DNA of 64,000 nt from Eledone cirrhosa (lineage: Eukaryota): the NCBI GenBank assembly GCA_964016885.1, contig OZ024762.1:9486001-9550000 (forward strand), in the 5' to 3' direction. Made by a program: the position numbers and the translations under genes. Positions within the stretch are counted from its first letter, which is position 1. Every line of letters begins with the position of its first letter. Below the pieces are notes generated by a model. That model was not told the origin of the DNA. It did not search any database and saw only the letters and a program-made list of their open reading frames with translations. Of the stretch, positions 13,649-26,439 are shown in pieces.

Positions 13649-15000
13649 CTGTAGAGAGAGAGAGATAGAGTGAACATGTAGTGAGTTGAGGTGAGGTGGA
13701 GTAGGATGGGTTGAGTGGAGGTTAAAATGAGGTGAGTTGAGTTGGGGTGGAGTAGGATGAAGTGGGATAAGATGAGTTGAGGAGAGGTGAGTTGAGGTGG
13801 AGTAGGATGAAGTGGGATAAGATGAGTTGAGTGGAGGTGAGGTAAGGTGAGCGACGGGGGAGGAGTGAGTTAAGCTGATGTTAGCTATACTCAATTAGGA
13901 CTGATCTGTGGCTAAACAACAACAACAACAACAACAACAATACATATAGAAATGAGAAAACTCCTCGCTAGAACAGCCACTAAAACAGCCAAATGCAAAG
14001 ACAGCGATGGGCAAAAGTGCCTCAGAGGTCAGAGACCAGCAGCCAGTGGTCAACAGAGAGACAATCCACAAGGAGGGGTGACAGGTAGATGAAATATAAT
14101 TGTTTCTACTTTTGGTACAAGGCCAGCAATTACCCAGTGCATTACTGGTACTTGATTTTATCGACTGTGTAAGGATGAAAGGCAAAGTTAACCTCGGCGG
14201 GATTTGAACTCAGATCATACAGGGAGGTAACTCTATGCTTCAAAGCATGGTGTCCGACCCTCTACCGATACTGCCAATCCATATAATGCCTCATAAGACA
14301 GAGACCAGTGGTCAACAGAGAGACAATCCACAAGGGGGGGGGGGGGTGACAGGTAGATGAAATATAATGTCTCAGAAGACAGTGACCAGTGGTCAACAGA
14401 GAGACAATCCACAAGGTGGGTGACAAGTGGATGAAATATAGAAAAGATTGAAAAAGGAGGAGAGCAAGGAGAAGTGATTTCATTGGTTTTTGGAGCTGAT
14501 GATGGTGAAGATGTGTGTATAAACTTGTCTTGTACATCGCCTTTCTTTATTTCCTTCTTCCAGTCACTTCTATGAGCCAACACAATTCTCATTGAACTCG
14601 CCCTCTCTCATTCAATCTTTTTTTATATTTCATCTACCAGTCACCCACCTTGTGGTTTGTCTCTCTGTTGACCACTGACCATTGGTCTCTGTCCTCTGAG
14701 ACATTTTTGCCCATCGCTGTCTTTGACAGTATTTAGCTGTTTTAATGGCTGTTCCAGTGATGAATTTTCTCATTTCTATATATATATTCAAATACACTCT
14801 CGCTTCGTCTCAATCAGAGACAACATTGTTTCTTCAATACCGTCAGTGTTCTGTGGAATCAGTAAATAAATTAAGAAATAATACTAAAATAATTAAATAA
14901 TTAAACAATTAATTGGGATTTAAAATGATTAACATAACAATTATAATTTTAATAAACTAAATATTTTTTAAATTAACTGAAATTTTATAAGACTAATGTA

Positions 15001-15204
15001 ATTATAATAATAATAATTGTCTCTACTTTAGGCACAAGGCCAGCAATTAGCCAGTGCATTACTGGTACTTTATTTTATCGACCCCGTAAGGATGAAAGGC
15101 AAAGTCAACCTCGGCGGGATTTGAACTCAGATCGTAAAGGGACGTAACTATGCTGGAAAGCATGGTGTCCGACCCTCTACCGATACTGCCAATCCACCGC
15201 CCTT
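15001..15204 (-). mobile_element. tRNA-derived SINE family B (about 200 bp, (ATT)n tail); other copies near 7847, 14095, 20188, 31205, 33430, 35748-36080, 49643-50020, 50360 (+)
   Basis: Head aaggcggtggattggcag, B box gagttcaaatc, core gcctttcatccttacggggtcgataaaataaagtaccag (Nin/Deu-like central domain, from memory). Confidence 0.88.
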
Positions 15205-16594
15205 ATTATAATAATAATAATGATGACTGAACATTATGAGGATTAATTAAGATTAAATACATTTAACTTGGTATTAATAATTTTAATCAATGCCCCCAGT
15301 ACACTCTGCAAAATGGTAGTGCTGTGCTACGATAAAATGCACCTACTACAGTCTGTAAAATAGTAGTATTGGTGCTATGATAAAATGCACCCAGTACACT
15401 CTGTAAAGTGGTAATACATCCAGTACATATAAAGTGATTGGCATGAAAGAGGGGGAGAGAGAATAAAAAAAGGGAGTTGTTTAAAAGCAAGACATTGATA
15501 TTTTTTCCAGTTTATCAAAATATTGTGATAAGCACTGAGTTGACAGTGTACAATACCACCACTACTATACCACTATCACCACCACCACCACTATACCACC
15601 ACCACCACCATACCACTACCACTACAACTACCACCACCACCACTATACCACCACCACTACCACTACAACTACCACCACCACCACTATACCACTACCACCA
15701 CCACCACCATACCACTACCACCACTATACCACCACCACCAATATACCACAACCACCACCACTACTACCACCACCACTACAACTACCACCAATATACCACC
15801 ACCACCACCACCACCACCACCTTCACCACTACTACCACCACCACCACCACTACTACCACCACCACTACTACCACCACCACCACCACTACTACCACCACCA
15901 CCACCACCACTATACCACCACCACATTCACCACTACTACCACCATAAGAACCCTTTAAAATGGGTGGTTTTGTTTTCTAGAACCTGAGCTGATTTGGGGT
16001 AGGTTGGTAATAAAAAGTTTAAAAGGAACCCTTTTAAAACGGGTGGCTTTATTTCATAGAACAAGATCCCAGGTTAGACAAGTTGATATAAAAAGGGCTA
16101 AATAAGAACCCTTTAAAATGGGTGGTTTTGTTTCCTAGAACCTGAGCTGGTTTTGGGTAGACTGGCATCAAAAGAGTTAAATAAGAACCCTTTAAAATGG
16201 TGGTTTTATTTCAAAGAATCAGATCTCAGGTTAGATAAGTTAATATAAAAAGGGTTCCATAGGGACCCTTTAAAATGGGTGGTTTTGTTTTATAGAACCA
16301 GATACAGGTCTGGGCAGGTTGGTATCAACAGGGTTAGAGAGTACAGATGAGCTGAAGAAATGGAGCGAAGGGGCTGGGGAGGAAAGGAAACATGCACATA
16401 CCCTCACATGCTAAAGTCAACATAACCAGCTGTTGAAGTAAGTTTGGGGGGGAAGGGTATGTAGGAATGAAGGTGAGGTGGGGTGGCGTTCTCTAGGAGA
16501 GAACACCAATAAACAGCTGACCTTGGGGGGGGGGGGGTTTAGGAATTTCCTGAGATACTAATTATTTAGGCTAATCTTACTGAAAGATAAATTG

Positions 16595-17885
16595 CAGATG
16601 ATGATGATGATGATGATGACTATAACTCCCGGTAGTTGTGATGTGATGGTAGTAGTGATGGTGATGATGGTGATGGTGACGATGGTATTGGTGATGGTGG
16701 TAGTGGTGATGGTGGTAGTGGTGATGGTAATGATGGTGATGGTGACGATGGTATTGGTGATGGTGGTAGTGGTGATGGTGGTAGTGGTGATGGTAATGAT
16801 GGTGATGGTGGCGATGGTATTGGTGATGGTGGTTATGAGGATTGTGGAAGTGGTGATGGTGTAGGTGGTGGTAGTGATGATGGTAATGATGATGATAGTG
16901 ATGGTGGTAGTGGTGATGGGGATAATGATGTCAAGTGGTAGTGGTAATGGGGGTGATGATGATGGTGTCAAGTGGTAGTGGTGGTAGTGATGATGGTGGT
17001 GACAATGGTAGTGGTGGTGGTGGTGTCAAATGGTAGTGGTGATGGTGGTAGTGACAATGGTACTGGTGATGATGATGATGTCAAGTGGTAGTAGTGGTGG
17101 TGGTGGTGTCAAATGGTAGTGGTGATGGTGGTGGTGACAATGGTACTGGTGATGATGATGATGTCAAGTGGTAGTAGTGGTGGTGGTGGTGTCAAATGGT
17201 AGTGGAGATGGTGGTGGTGGTGTCAAATGGTAGTGGTAGTAGTGGTGGTGGTGGTGTCAAATGGTAGTGGTGATGATGGTGGTGGTGGTGGTGTCAAATG
17301 GTAGTGGAGATGGTGGTGGTGGTGTCAAATGGTAGTGGTGATGATGGTGGTGGTGGTGGTGTCAAATGGTAGTGGAGATGGTGGTGGTGTCAAATGGTAG
17401 TGGAGATGGTGGTGGTGTCAAATGGTAGTGGTGATGATGGTGGTGGTGGTGGTGTCAAATGGTAGTGGTGGTGGTGTCAAATGGTAGTGGAGATGGTGGT
17501 GGTGGTGTCAAATGGTAGTGGTGATGGTGGTGGTGGTGGTGTCAAATGGTAGTGGAGATGGTGGTGGTGGTGTCAAATGGTAGTGGTGGTGGTGGTGGTG
17601 TCAAATGGTAGTGGAGATGGTGGTGGTGGTGTCAAATGGTAGTGGTGATGATGGTGGTGGTGGTGGTGGTGTCAAATGGTAGTGGTGATGATGGTGGTGG
17701 TGGTGGTGGTGTCAAATGGTAGTGGTGATGATGATGATGTCAAGTGGTAGTAGTGATGGTGGTGGTGGTGTCAAATATAGTGGTGATGGTGGTGATCTCA
17801 AGTGGTAGTGATGATGGTGGTGGTGGTGGTGACAATGGTGATGATGATGGTGACAGTGGGAGTGGTGGTGGTGCTGTCAAGTGGT
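16595..17885. repeat. GGT/GAT compound repeat with tgtcaaatggtagtg unit
   Basis: Direct inspection. Confidence 0.9.
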
Positions 17886-18018
17886 ATTACCAGTGAATCA
17901 AAAGTAAAATTAAGAAACAACAACACCATAAACCAGCTCCAGTAAACATGCAAAGAACTTGAGAAAAGAAACCTTACAAGCCAAGCAGGTGTTTATATTA
18001 GGAGATATATATAGAGAG

Positions 18019-18084
<66 letters not shown>

Positions 18085-18107
18085 CATGAATATATACATA
18101 TAATCAC

Positions 18108-18159
<52 letters not shown>

Positions 18160-18188
18160 CATGAATATATACATATAATCACATATAC

Positions 18189-18241
<53 letters not shown>

Positions 18242-18365
18242 GTAGGAGGTGAGTTTTATTGTAGTACAATAAAGCAATGCAGATATCGGATAAGAAGCAC
18301 TCTACAGTTTGTAGGACTGGAGTATACATAATATAAGATCAAAAGATGGTTAAAGGAGTTCCATG

Positions 18366-18436
18366 TATTTTATTATGCGCATTTCAAAAACAAACATCAT
18401 CATGCAATAATATTTGTGTTTTCATCAGATAAAACA
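18366..18436 (-). ncRNA. Hammerhead ribozyme motif, exact inverted copy of 18538..18608, sense to OXR1
   Basis: Left arm of a perfect palindrome; TCATCAG at 18422-18428. Confidence 0.8.
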
Positions 18437-18537
18437 GGAGAACATGATATGAAGGCTAAAAAACACTTGTGGATAGTGCAGTTTTAAATCAACTGCACTA
18501 TCCACAAGTGTTTTTTAGCCTTCATATCATGTTCTCC

Positions 18538-18608
18538 TGTTTTATCTGATGAAAACACAAATATTATTGCATGATGATGTTTGTTTTTGAAATGCGCATA
18601 ATAAAATA
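18538..18608 (+). ncRNA. Minimal type-I hammerhead ribozyme motif
   Basis: tgttttat-CTGATGA(18546)-helix II-GAAA(18589)-tgcgca-TA-ataaaata; helix I pairs; helix III is palindromic (ATGCGCAT). Confidence 0.8.
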
Positions 18609-18638
18609 CATGGAACTCCTTTAACCATCTTTTGATCT

Positions 18639-18677
<39 letters not shown>

Positions 18678-18898
18678 CATATATATATATATACATATAT
18701 TCACATATATATGTATATAATCACACACATATATAAATATATATACATATACGTACAAATATATATACATATATGTGTATGTGTGCATGTGGAGAGAGAG
18801 AAAAAGATATATATATATATATATATATATATATCTACATACACATGTATGTATATATATATTTGTATGTATATGTATATATATATTTATATATGTAA

Positions 18899-18929
<31 letters not shown>

Positions 18930-19344
18930 CATTATATATATATATATATTTATATAATCACACACATATATAAATATATACATATACATACAATAAATGT
19001 AATCTGAGTTTTTCGAATATTAATAATAACATTCGATTTGTTTGCAATTATGCAAACACGCCTCAATTTTGTAGCCATGTCAGTAGAATGAACACTTCAT
19101 TCTTGCTCTTGTGTTGGCATGCGAACACAAGAGCAAGAATGAAGTGTTCATTTTACTGACATGGCTACAAAATATATATACATAGATATATATATCTAGA
19201 GAGAGAGAGAGAGAAAGATAGAGAGATATAAAAGCATGCGCGAGAGAGAGGGATGAGGGAGAGGGAGAGAGGGGGGGAGAAAGAAAGAGAGAGAGGAAAG
19301 GAAACAGAAGGATATGAACGAAAGACTGCACAAATAATAAAAAA

Positions 19345-19580
19345 ATATATAAAAATAAAATAAAATAAAATAAAATAAAATCCAATCCAATAATTACAAA
19401 AAAAAAAAAAAAATAAAATAAAATAAAATCCAATCCAATAATTACAAAAAAAAAATAAATATAAAAATAAAATAAAATAAAATAAAATAAAATAAAATAA
19501 AATAAAATAAAATAAAATAAAATAAAATAAAATAAAATAAAATAAAATAAAATAAAATAAAATAAAATAAAATAAAATAA
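19345..19580. repeat. (AAAAT)n microsatellite
   Basis: Direct inspection. Confidence 0.95.
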
Positions 19581-19845
19581 TTACAAACAAAGATACAAGA
19601 ACCACCATTGCTAAAAGCCATTGCAATTAGTAAACAGCCTGGCTGAAGGATAACTACATAGAAAGTGTTGTTTAAAGGTATGTATAGTGTCATACTAACC
19701 ATCATCCTCTGGTGTGGCAGTGGGAGAAGAAAGATATATATATATATAGATATGTATGTATATAATATATATAGAGAGAAGAGAAAGAAATAGTTATATA
19801 TGTATGTATGTATATGATATATAAACAGAGAAAGAGGGAAGAGAA

Positions 19846-19880
<35 letters not shown>

Positions 19881-19898
19881 TATGTATGTATGTATATA

Positions 19899-19929
<31 letters not shown>

Positions 19930-20075
19930 ATAAGAGAAAGACATTTACATATATATATGTATGTATGTATATGATATATAAAAAGAGAGAGAGAGAAGAG
20001 AAAGACATATATATGTATATAATATATATATATATTATGTATGATACATAATATATATATATATATATATGATAC

Positions 20076-20139
<64 letters not shown>

Positions 20140-20736
20140 CAGAGAGAGAGTGGATAAGGGAAAGACACATATATAAATAGATACATCAATTACCCAGTGC
20201 ATTACTGGTACTTGATTTTATCGACCCCGTAAGGATGAAAGGCAAAGTTAACCTCAGCGGGATTTGAACTCAGATCATAAAGAGACATAACTCTATGCTT
20301 CAAAGCATGGTGTCCGACTCTCTACCGATACTGCCAATCCACCGCCCTTAAATTATATTAATAATAGTAAATTATTGTTATGTATTTATTGTATATACCC
20401 AAATATAAGCCGACGTCCTCTCCTATTTTTAACAACTGTTATAAATTTTTATAAAGTTATTTACATATTGAACATTTGTAAAAATTGTAAATGAAATCTG
20501 ATGAATTTTTTTTTATCCTCTATATATATATCATCATCATCATCATCATCATCATCGTTTAACGTCCATATTCCACGCTTGCATGGGTTTGGACGGGAGT
20601 TTTCCCACTTGAGGCAAGAGTGGTTGTCTTGCTCGCATAGGACTGTCTGGCGGGTTTTCTACGGCTGGATGCCCTTCCTAACACCAATGTATATATAGTA
20701 ATAAACGAAAGATATATACTTTATATCATCTCTATT

Positions 20737-20816
20737 TATTTTATTATATATATATTTCGAAGCTGCAAAGTTTTATGTATAACATAAACCAAAACGTCTC
20801 CTCTTCAGACAAAATA
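20737..20816 (-). ncRNA. Hammerhead ribozyme motif (CUGAAGA core)
   Basis: Minus strand reads tattttgt-CTGAAGA-ggag...cttc-GAAA-tatatata-TA-ataaaata. Confidence 0.65.
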
Positions 20817-20886
20817 CATATGAGATGTATAATTCTTTCATGATATGCTGGTAGACAAATGAGCTGGACAGATCGGTGACCACCAA

Positions 20887-20953
<67 letters not shown>

Positions 20954-21082
20954 ATTAATAAATGGAAACTATATTTATAAAACCATATTTATTCTATTAT
21001 ATACATTTCAAGGGTACCAAACGGAACCTGAATCATTAAGATCTCCTTCCTGGGTATGTCACTATTTATAAAACAAATTTTG

Positions 21083-21143
21083 TATTTTATCTGATGAGGG
21101 CGTACCAAAGTTTTGGTACCCTTGAAATATATATAATAGAAAA
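21083..21143 (+). ncRNA. Hammerhead ribozyme motif
   Basis: tattttat-CTGATGA(21091)-gggcgtaccaaa/tttggtaccctt-GAAA-tatata-TA-atagaa. Confidence 0.72.
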
Positions 21144-21270
21144 AAATATGGTTTTATAAATATAGTCTCCATTTATTAATATCATTGATATTATACTCCA
21201 GAAAACCTGTTGAGTGTTTCGAATCTGTTATAAATATATTTGTTGAATTACCAAATTAAATATCTCTTTG

Positions 21271-21307
<37 letters not shown>

Positions 21308-21470
21308 CCTGTATATATTACCCACACTGTAAATGTGGTTGGTGTTAGGAAGGGCATCCAACTGTAGAAAACCTGCCAGACAGTCCTATGCGAGCAAGAC
21401 AACCACTCTTGCCTCAAGTGGGAAAACCCCCGTCCAAACCCATGCAAGCGTGGAACACGGACGCTAAACC

Positions 21471-21519
<49 letters not shown>

Positions 21520-21943
21520 ATATATATACTGTCCAAGACCACTTTACAGGGTGGACTAGACTCTTTTGTTGTGGCACCAACATGACCACTTTACAGGGTG
21601 GACTAGACTCTTTTGTTGTGGCACCAATGTGAGCACCCAAGACTGACTGACCATAGGAGATTTGTCACGTGTTTTAATGATAGGGGCCCCCGGTCCTATC
21701 ATGTTGTTAGAGCTCATATCTATGCAGGCTTTGCTGGCCTCTCATGAGGTTATATCATATAGGAGGTTTCTTGATTGTTTTAATGGTAAGAGCCCCAGTC
21801 CTATCATGTTGTTAGAGTTTACAACTATGTAGGTTTCCCATGAGGTTATATCATATACAAGAGTTATCAAGTGTTTTAATGATAGGGGTCCCAGTCCTAT
21901 CATGAAAAGCAATGTGGAATGAAGCCTCTTTCACAAGGACACA

Positions 21944-21975
<32 letters not shown>

Positions 21976-22069
21976 CAACCCCAGTTCAGGAATTGAACCC
22001 ACAACTTCATGATGATGAGTTGCAGCACCCTAACCACTAGGCTAAGGAAAAAGCTACAAATATACTCAC

Positions 22070-22459
22070 TCGTTACTGGTTGGAATAAATTTGGGGTATC
22101 CTCCATTGTCACTGCTGACACCACCCGCACCCTCGTGCCTCTTTTGGTTGTGTACTCAACACCTGGAATTCGTGGACTTGTCGGACTCGTCGACAAGGTT
22201 TCACTGCTCTGTCGTGAGGTAAGGACCGTCAAGGGGGGAGCCGGTGACTCCGGTGTGCCGCCGGGGCCCGGTGTTGTCTTCTCTGCTGCTGCTGAACCGG
22301 AGCCATGGAAAAAGCCGGCAGCGTAGTTATAGATGGCCTTCAGTTTAGGAGAACCTTCCATCATAGATGAAGTGATTGTCGGGTCTTTTGGGGAGAGCTT
22401 TGGTTGTGCTGAGTTAAACTCTGTAGGTTCCTTGCTCATTGGGCTTTCTACATTAGAGT
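22070..22459 (-). CDS. OXR1: OXR1-family linker exon (...VVSAVTMEDTPNLFQPVT)
   Basis: Lies within ORF 21900..22439; acceptor ctttcttgcag, donor ACGA|GTGAGT; 390 nt, phase 1/1; SAVxMEDxPxLF resembles invertebrate OXR1 linker. Confidence 0.9.
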
Positions 22460-22524
22460 CTGCAAGAAAGAAGACAAAGACAATTGAAATGGGATCAAGA
22501 ATTTCGTTGTAATAAGAATTATTA

Positions 22525-23885
22525 GCACCTAGTCCACTCTGTCAGATGGTAGTGCTGATGTCATGATGAAAAGCACCTAGTCCAGCCTGTCAGATGGTAG
22601 TGCTGATGTCATGATGAAAAGCACCTAGTTCAGCCTGTCAGATGGTAGTGCTGATATCATGATGAAAAGCACCTAGTCCACTCTGTCAGATGGAAGTGCT
22701 GATGTCATGATGAAAAGCACCTAGTCCACTCTGTCAGATGGTAGTGCTGATGTCATGATGAAAAGCACCTAGTCCAGCCTGTCAGATGGTAGTGCTGATG
22801 TCATGATGAAAAGCACCTAGTCCACTCTGTCAGATGGAAGTGCTGATGTCATGATGAAAAGCACCTAGTCCAGCCTGTCAGATGGTAGTGCTGATGTCAT
22901 GATGAAAAGCACCTAGTCCAGCCTGTCAGATGGAAGTGCTGATGTCATGATGAAAAGCACCTAGTCCAGCCTGTCAGATGGAAGTGCTGATGTCATGATG
23001 AAAAGCACCTAGTCCAGCCTGTCAGATGGAAGTGCTGATGTCATGATGAAAAGCACCTAGTCCAGCCTGTCAGATGGTAGTGCTGATGTCATCATGAAAA
23101 GCACCTAGTCCAGCCTGTCAGATGGAAGTGCTGATGTCATGATGAAAAGCACCTAGTCCAGCCTGTCAGATGGTAGTGCTGATGTCATGATGAAAAGCAC
23201 CTAGTCCAGCCTGTCAGATGGAAGTGCTGATGTCATGATGAAAAGCACCTAGTCCAGCCTGTCAGATGGTAGTGCTGATGTCATGATGAAAAGCACCTAG
23301 TCCAGCCTGTCAGATGGAAGTGCTGATGTCATGATGAAAAGCACCTAGTCCAGCCTGTCAGATGGAAGTGCTGATGTCATGATGAAAAGCACCTAGTCCA
23401 GCCTGTCAGATGGTAGTGCTGATGTCATCATGAAAAGCACCTAGTCCAGCCTGTCAGATGGTAGTGCTGATGTCATGATGAAAAGCACCTAGTCCAGCCT
23501 GTCAGATGGAAGTGCTGATGTCATGATGAAAAGCACCTAGTCCACTCTGTCAGATGGAAGTGCTGATGTCATGATGAAAAGCACCTAGTCCAGCCTGTCA
23601 GATGGTAGTGCTGATGTCATGATGAAAAGCACCTAGTCCACTCTGTCAGATGGAAGTGCTGATGTCATGATGAAAAGCACCTAGTCCAGCCTGTCAGATG
23701 GAAGTGCTGATGTCATGATGAAAAGCACCTAGTCCACTCTGTCAGATGGAAGTGCTGATGTCATGATGAAAAGCACCTAGTCCAGCCTGTCAGATGGTAG
23801 TGATGATGTCATGATGAAAAGCACCTAGTCCAGCCTGTCAGATGGTAGTGCTGATGTCATGATAAAAAGCACCCAGTCCACTCTG
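22525..23885. repeat. 48-bp minisatellite, about 28 copies
   Basis: Unit gcacctagtccagcctgtcagatggtagtgctgatgtcatgatgaaaa; grades into 50-bp related units to about 24330. Confidence 0.95.
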
Positions 23886-24556
23886 TAAAGTGATAGATTT
23901 GGAGTCACCATAAAAAGCACCCTGTCGACACTGGAAGGTGATAGTGCTGAGGCCACCTTAAAAAATACCTAGTCCACCCTGAAAGGTGTTAGTGCTGGGG
24001 CCATGATAAAAAGCATCCAGTCCAATCTGTAAAGTGGTAGTGCTGAAACCATTATAAAAATTACCCAGTCCACCCTGCCTCCACAATAAAAAGAGCACTC
24101 AGTCCACTCTGTAAGATGGTTGTGCTGGTGCCACGATAAAAATTCCCCACAGTCCACTCTGTAAGGTGGTAGTTCTGGAGCCACGATAAAAATTCCCCAC
24201 AGTCCACTCTGTAAGGTGGTAGTGCTGGAGCCACGATAAAAATTCCCCACAGTCCACTCTGTAAGGTGGTAGTGCTGGAGCCACGATAAAAATTCCTTAG
24301 TCCGGTCTGTAAGGTGGTAGTGCTGGAGCCATCATTCAAAACCCACCAAGGTCAACATTGCTTTTCATCCTTTTTAGGTGGATAAAAAAAAAGTTACCAG
24401 TCTAGTACTGGGGTCAATTTTTCCTCTATATCTCTTTCTTTGGAAGAAATGAGTTGTGTTCAAACCTGGGGAGGGGATAGGCTCCAAGAGGTTTAAAGTG
24501 CTCAAGAACATCTTGTTAATATGGTTTTATATGGTACAGGACTTTAAGTGTATATT

Positions 24557-25117
24557 AAAATTATTAACCATCTTGTCAACAACAACCCTGAGTACCTTTT
24601 TGATGTGTATAACACATGTGGGCCTGCCTACAAAGTCAGAAAACAGCACACCTCTCATGACTTTCGGAAACATTATTTCACGCTCAGAGTTGCTGAAGCG
24701 TGGAACAAACTATCTGCATCAGTTGTTAGCTGCCGAGCCACTGCATCCTTTAAAACCTCCATGGAACAAACTCCCTGCATCAGTTGTTAGCTGCCGAGCC
24801 ACTGCTTCCTTTAAAACCTCCATGGAACAAACTCCCTGCATCAGTTGTTAGCTGCCGAGCCACTGCATCCTTTAAAACCTCCATGGAACAAACTACCTGC
24901 ATCAATTGTTAGTTGTCGGGACACTGCATCCTTTAAAACCTCCATGTTTCCTGAGATTCGCCAACACCACGCCCGATATCCCCCTCTCCATACACACGCA
25001 CACATGTATATCATGACTCATACACTGTTCATTTTCCTGACATTTGTACATTATTCTATGTACTGTACATGCACCTTTGATGAGTTGTAGTGCACCTGAG
25101 CACTGTACACAATAATT

Positions 25118-25170
<53 letters not shown>
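24557..25170 (+). mobile_element. CR1-clade LINE 3' end with internal 60-bp tandem and (ATT)n tail
   Basis: Same family as 48406; RVAEAWNKL motif; 3' UTR then (ATT)n. Confidence 0.88.
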
Positions 25171-25302
25171 GAATTTAATTTTTAATGTAATGCAGTTATA
25201 GTACTATTTTGTACATTTCAAGAATGTTTAGCTAATGTGGTTTCATGTGGTACAGGACTTTAAGGGTTTAATTTTAAGAAAATGTGAAAACCAATGACTA
25301 AC

Positions 25303-25910
25303 CTTCACTGTCAGGTTTCATACCATCAGTTGTATCAGCAAGAATTTTGTGGGGTTTCTTAGGAGGCTGCAATACAAGGGGTGCTTCTGATGGTGATAAT
25401 GGTCTGTGAAGGGGGTACTCATCCATTACTTCCGTTTGGTCATTTTGTGTCTCTGCCTGCACCGGTTTTAAAGCTGCGTCTGTCGTATGATGTTCAGGGA
25501 GACCATCTCCCATGTCCCTAACAATGCCGTTCCTTTGAGTCTCTGCTGGTCCCAGTGATAAACTGTTTAAGTTCCCCTCCACACACGGCAATCTTTCCAT
25601 CATTTTGTCCACCTCTGTTCCTGGGACCGACCCGTTGCTAATACCCTCTTTCACAATACTGTTTGTTGTTGTTGCTGTTGCTGTCGTCGTCGTTGTTGTT
25701 GTTGTTGTTATTGTTGTTGTTGTTGTTGTCTGTTGTTGTTCTTGTTCTTTGTTGTCACACTGATTCGACTGTACTGCCTGCATTATCTTCACCAGTTTAT
25801 TTGAGGTTTCTAAATACTCGTGTTCATGTTCCTGTTTGCTGGTAGCAAACTTGAAATGGCCCTGGCCACAATACACCTCAGCTTTTGGTATCTCACAGTC
25901 TTCAGAATCT
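25303..25910 (-). CDS. OXR1: OXR1-family large low-complexity linker exon with Gln/Thr tract
   Basis: Lies within ORF 25298..25948; acceptor tgtattgcag, donor GAAG|GTTAGT; 608 nt, phase 2 in and phase 1 out, matching both neighbours. Confidence 0.88.
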
Positions 25911-26086
25911 CTGCAATACAACAACAAACAATGTAACAACAACAACAAAACAGAACTAATATATATATATATATATTATGAAATGAGATGAAAACTTAAG
26001 AAACATAGAAACATTATATATATATATATATATGTATGTATATACAATATTAAATAAATGGAAAACTATATTTATAAAACCATATT

Positions 26087-26152
26087 TATTTCATTATATA
26101 TATTTCGGGGATATCATATTAACAATATGCTATGCCTTCATCAGACAAAATA
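26087..26152 (-). ncRNA. Hammerhead ribozyme motif, sense to OXR1 intron
   Basis: Minus strand reads tattttgt-CTGATGA-aggcatagcatatt/aatatgatatcccc-GAAA-tatata-TA-atgaaata. Confidence 0.72.
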
Positions 26153-26264
26153 CAATATAAACAGTTTTATAGATAAATATATTCGACATACCGTAATAAA
26201 CATCAACTTCATTTGAAGAGGTTTACGCTAGCAGTCTGTATGTATATATATATATGTATGTATG

Positions 26265-26297
<33 letters not shown>

Positions 26298-26439
26298 ATA
26301 TATAAGTATATATATAAGTATATATATAAGTATATATATATATGTAATGTATATATATGTATATATATAAGTATATATATATATATATATATATATAAAT
26401 ACATATATATATATATATATATAGTAATATATGTGAACG

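Noticed and set aside
14795-14850. Possible OXR1 exon after acceptor gattccacag
   Set aside because: The phase required by exon 22070 gives an immediate TGA, and exons 22070 and 13648 already join in frame.
22525-23885. Regular 48-bp array (also 37-bp at 55255) as a CRISPR array
   Set aside because: Head-to-tail units without unique spacers, eukaryotic intron context, no cas genes.
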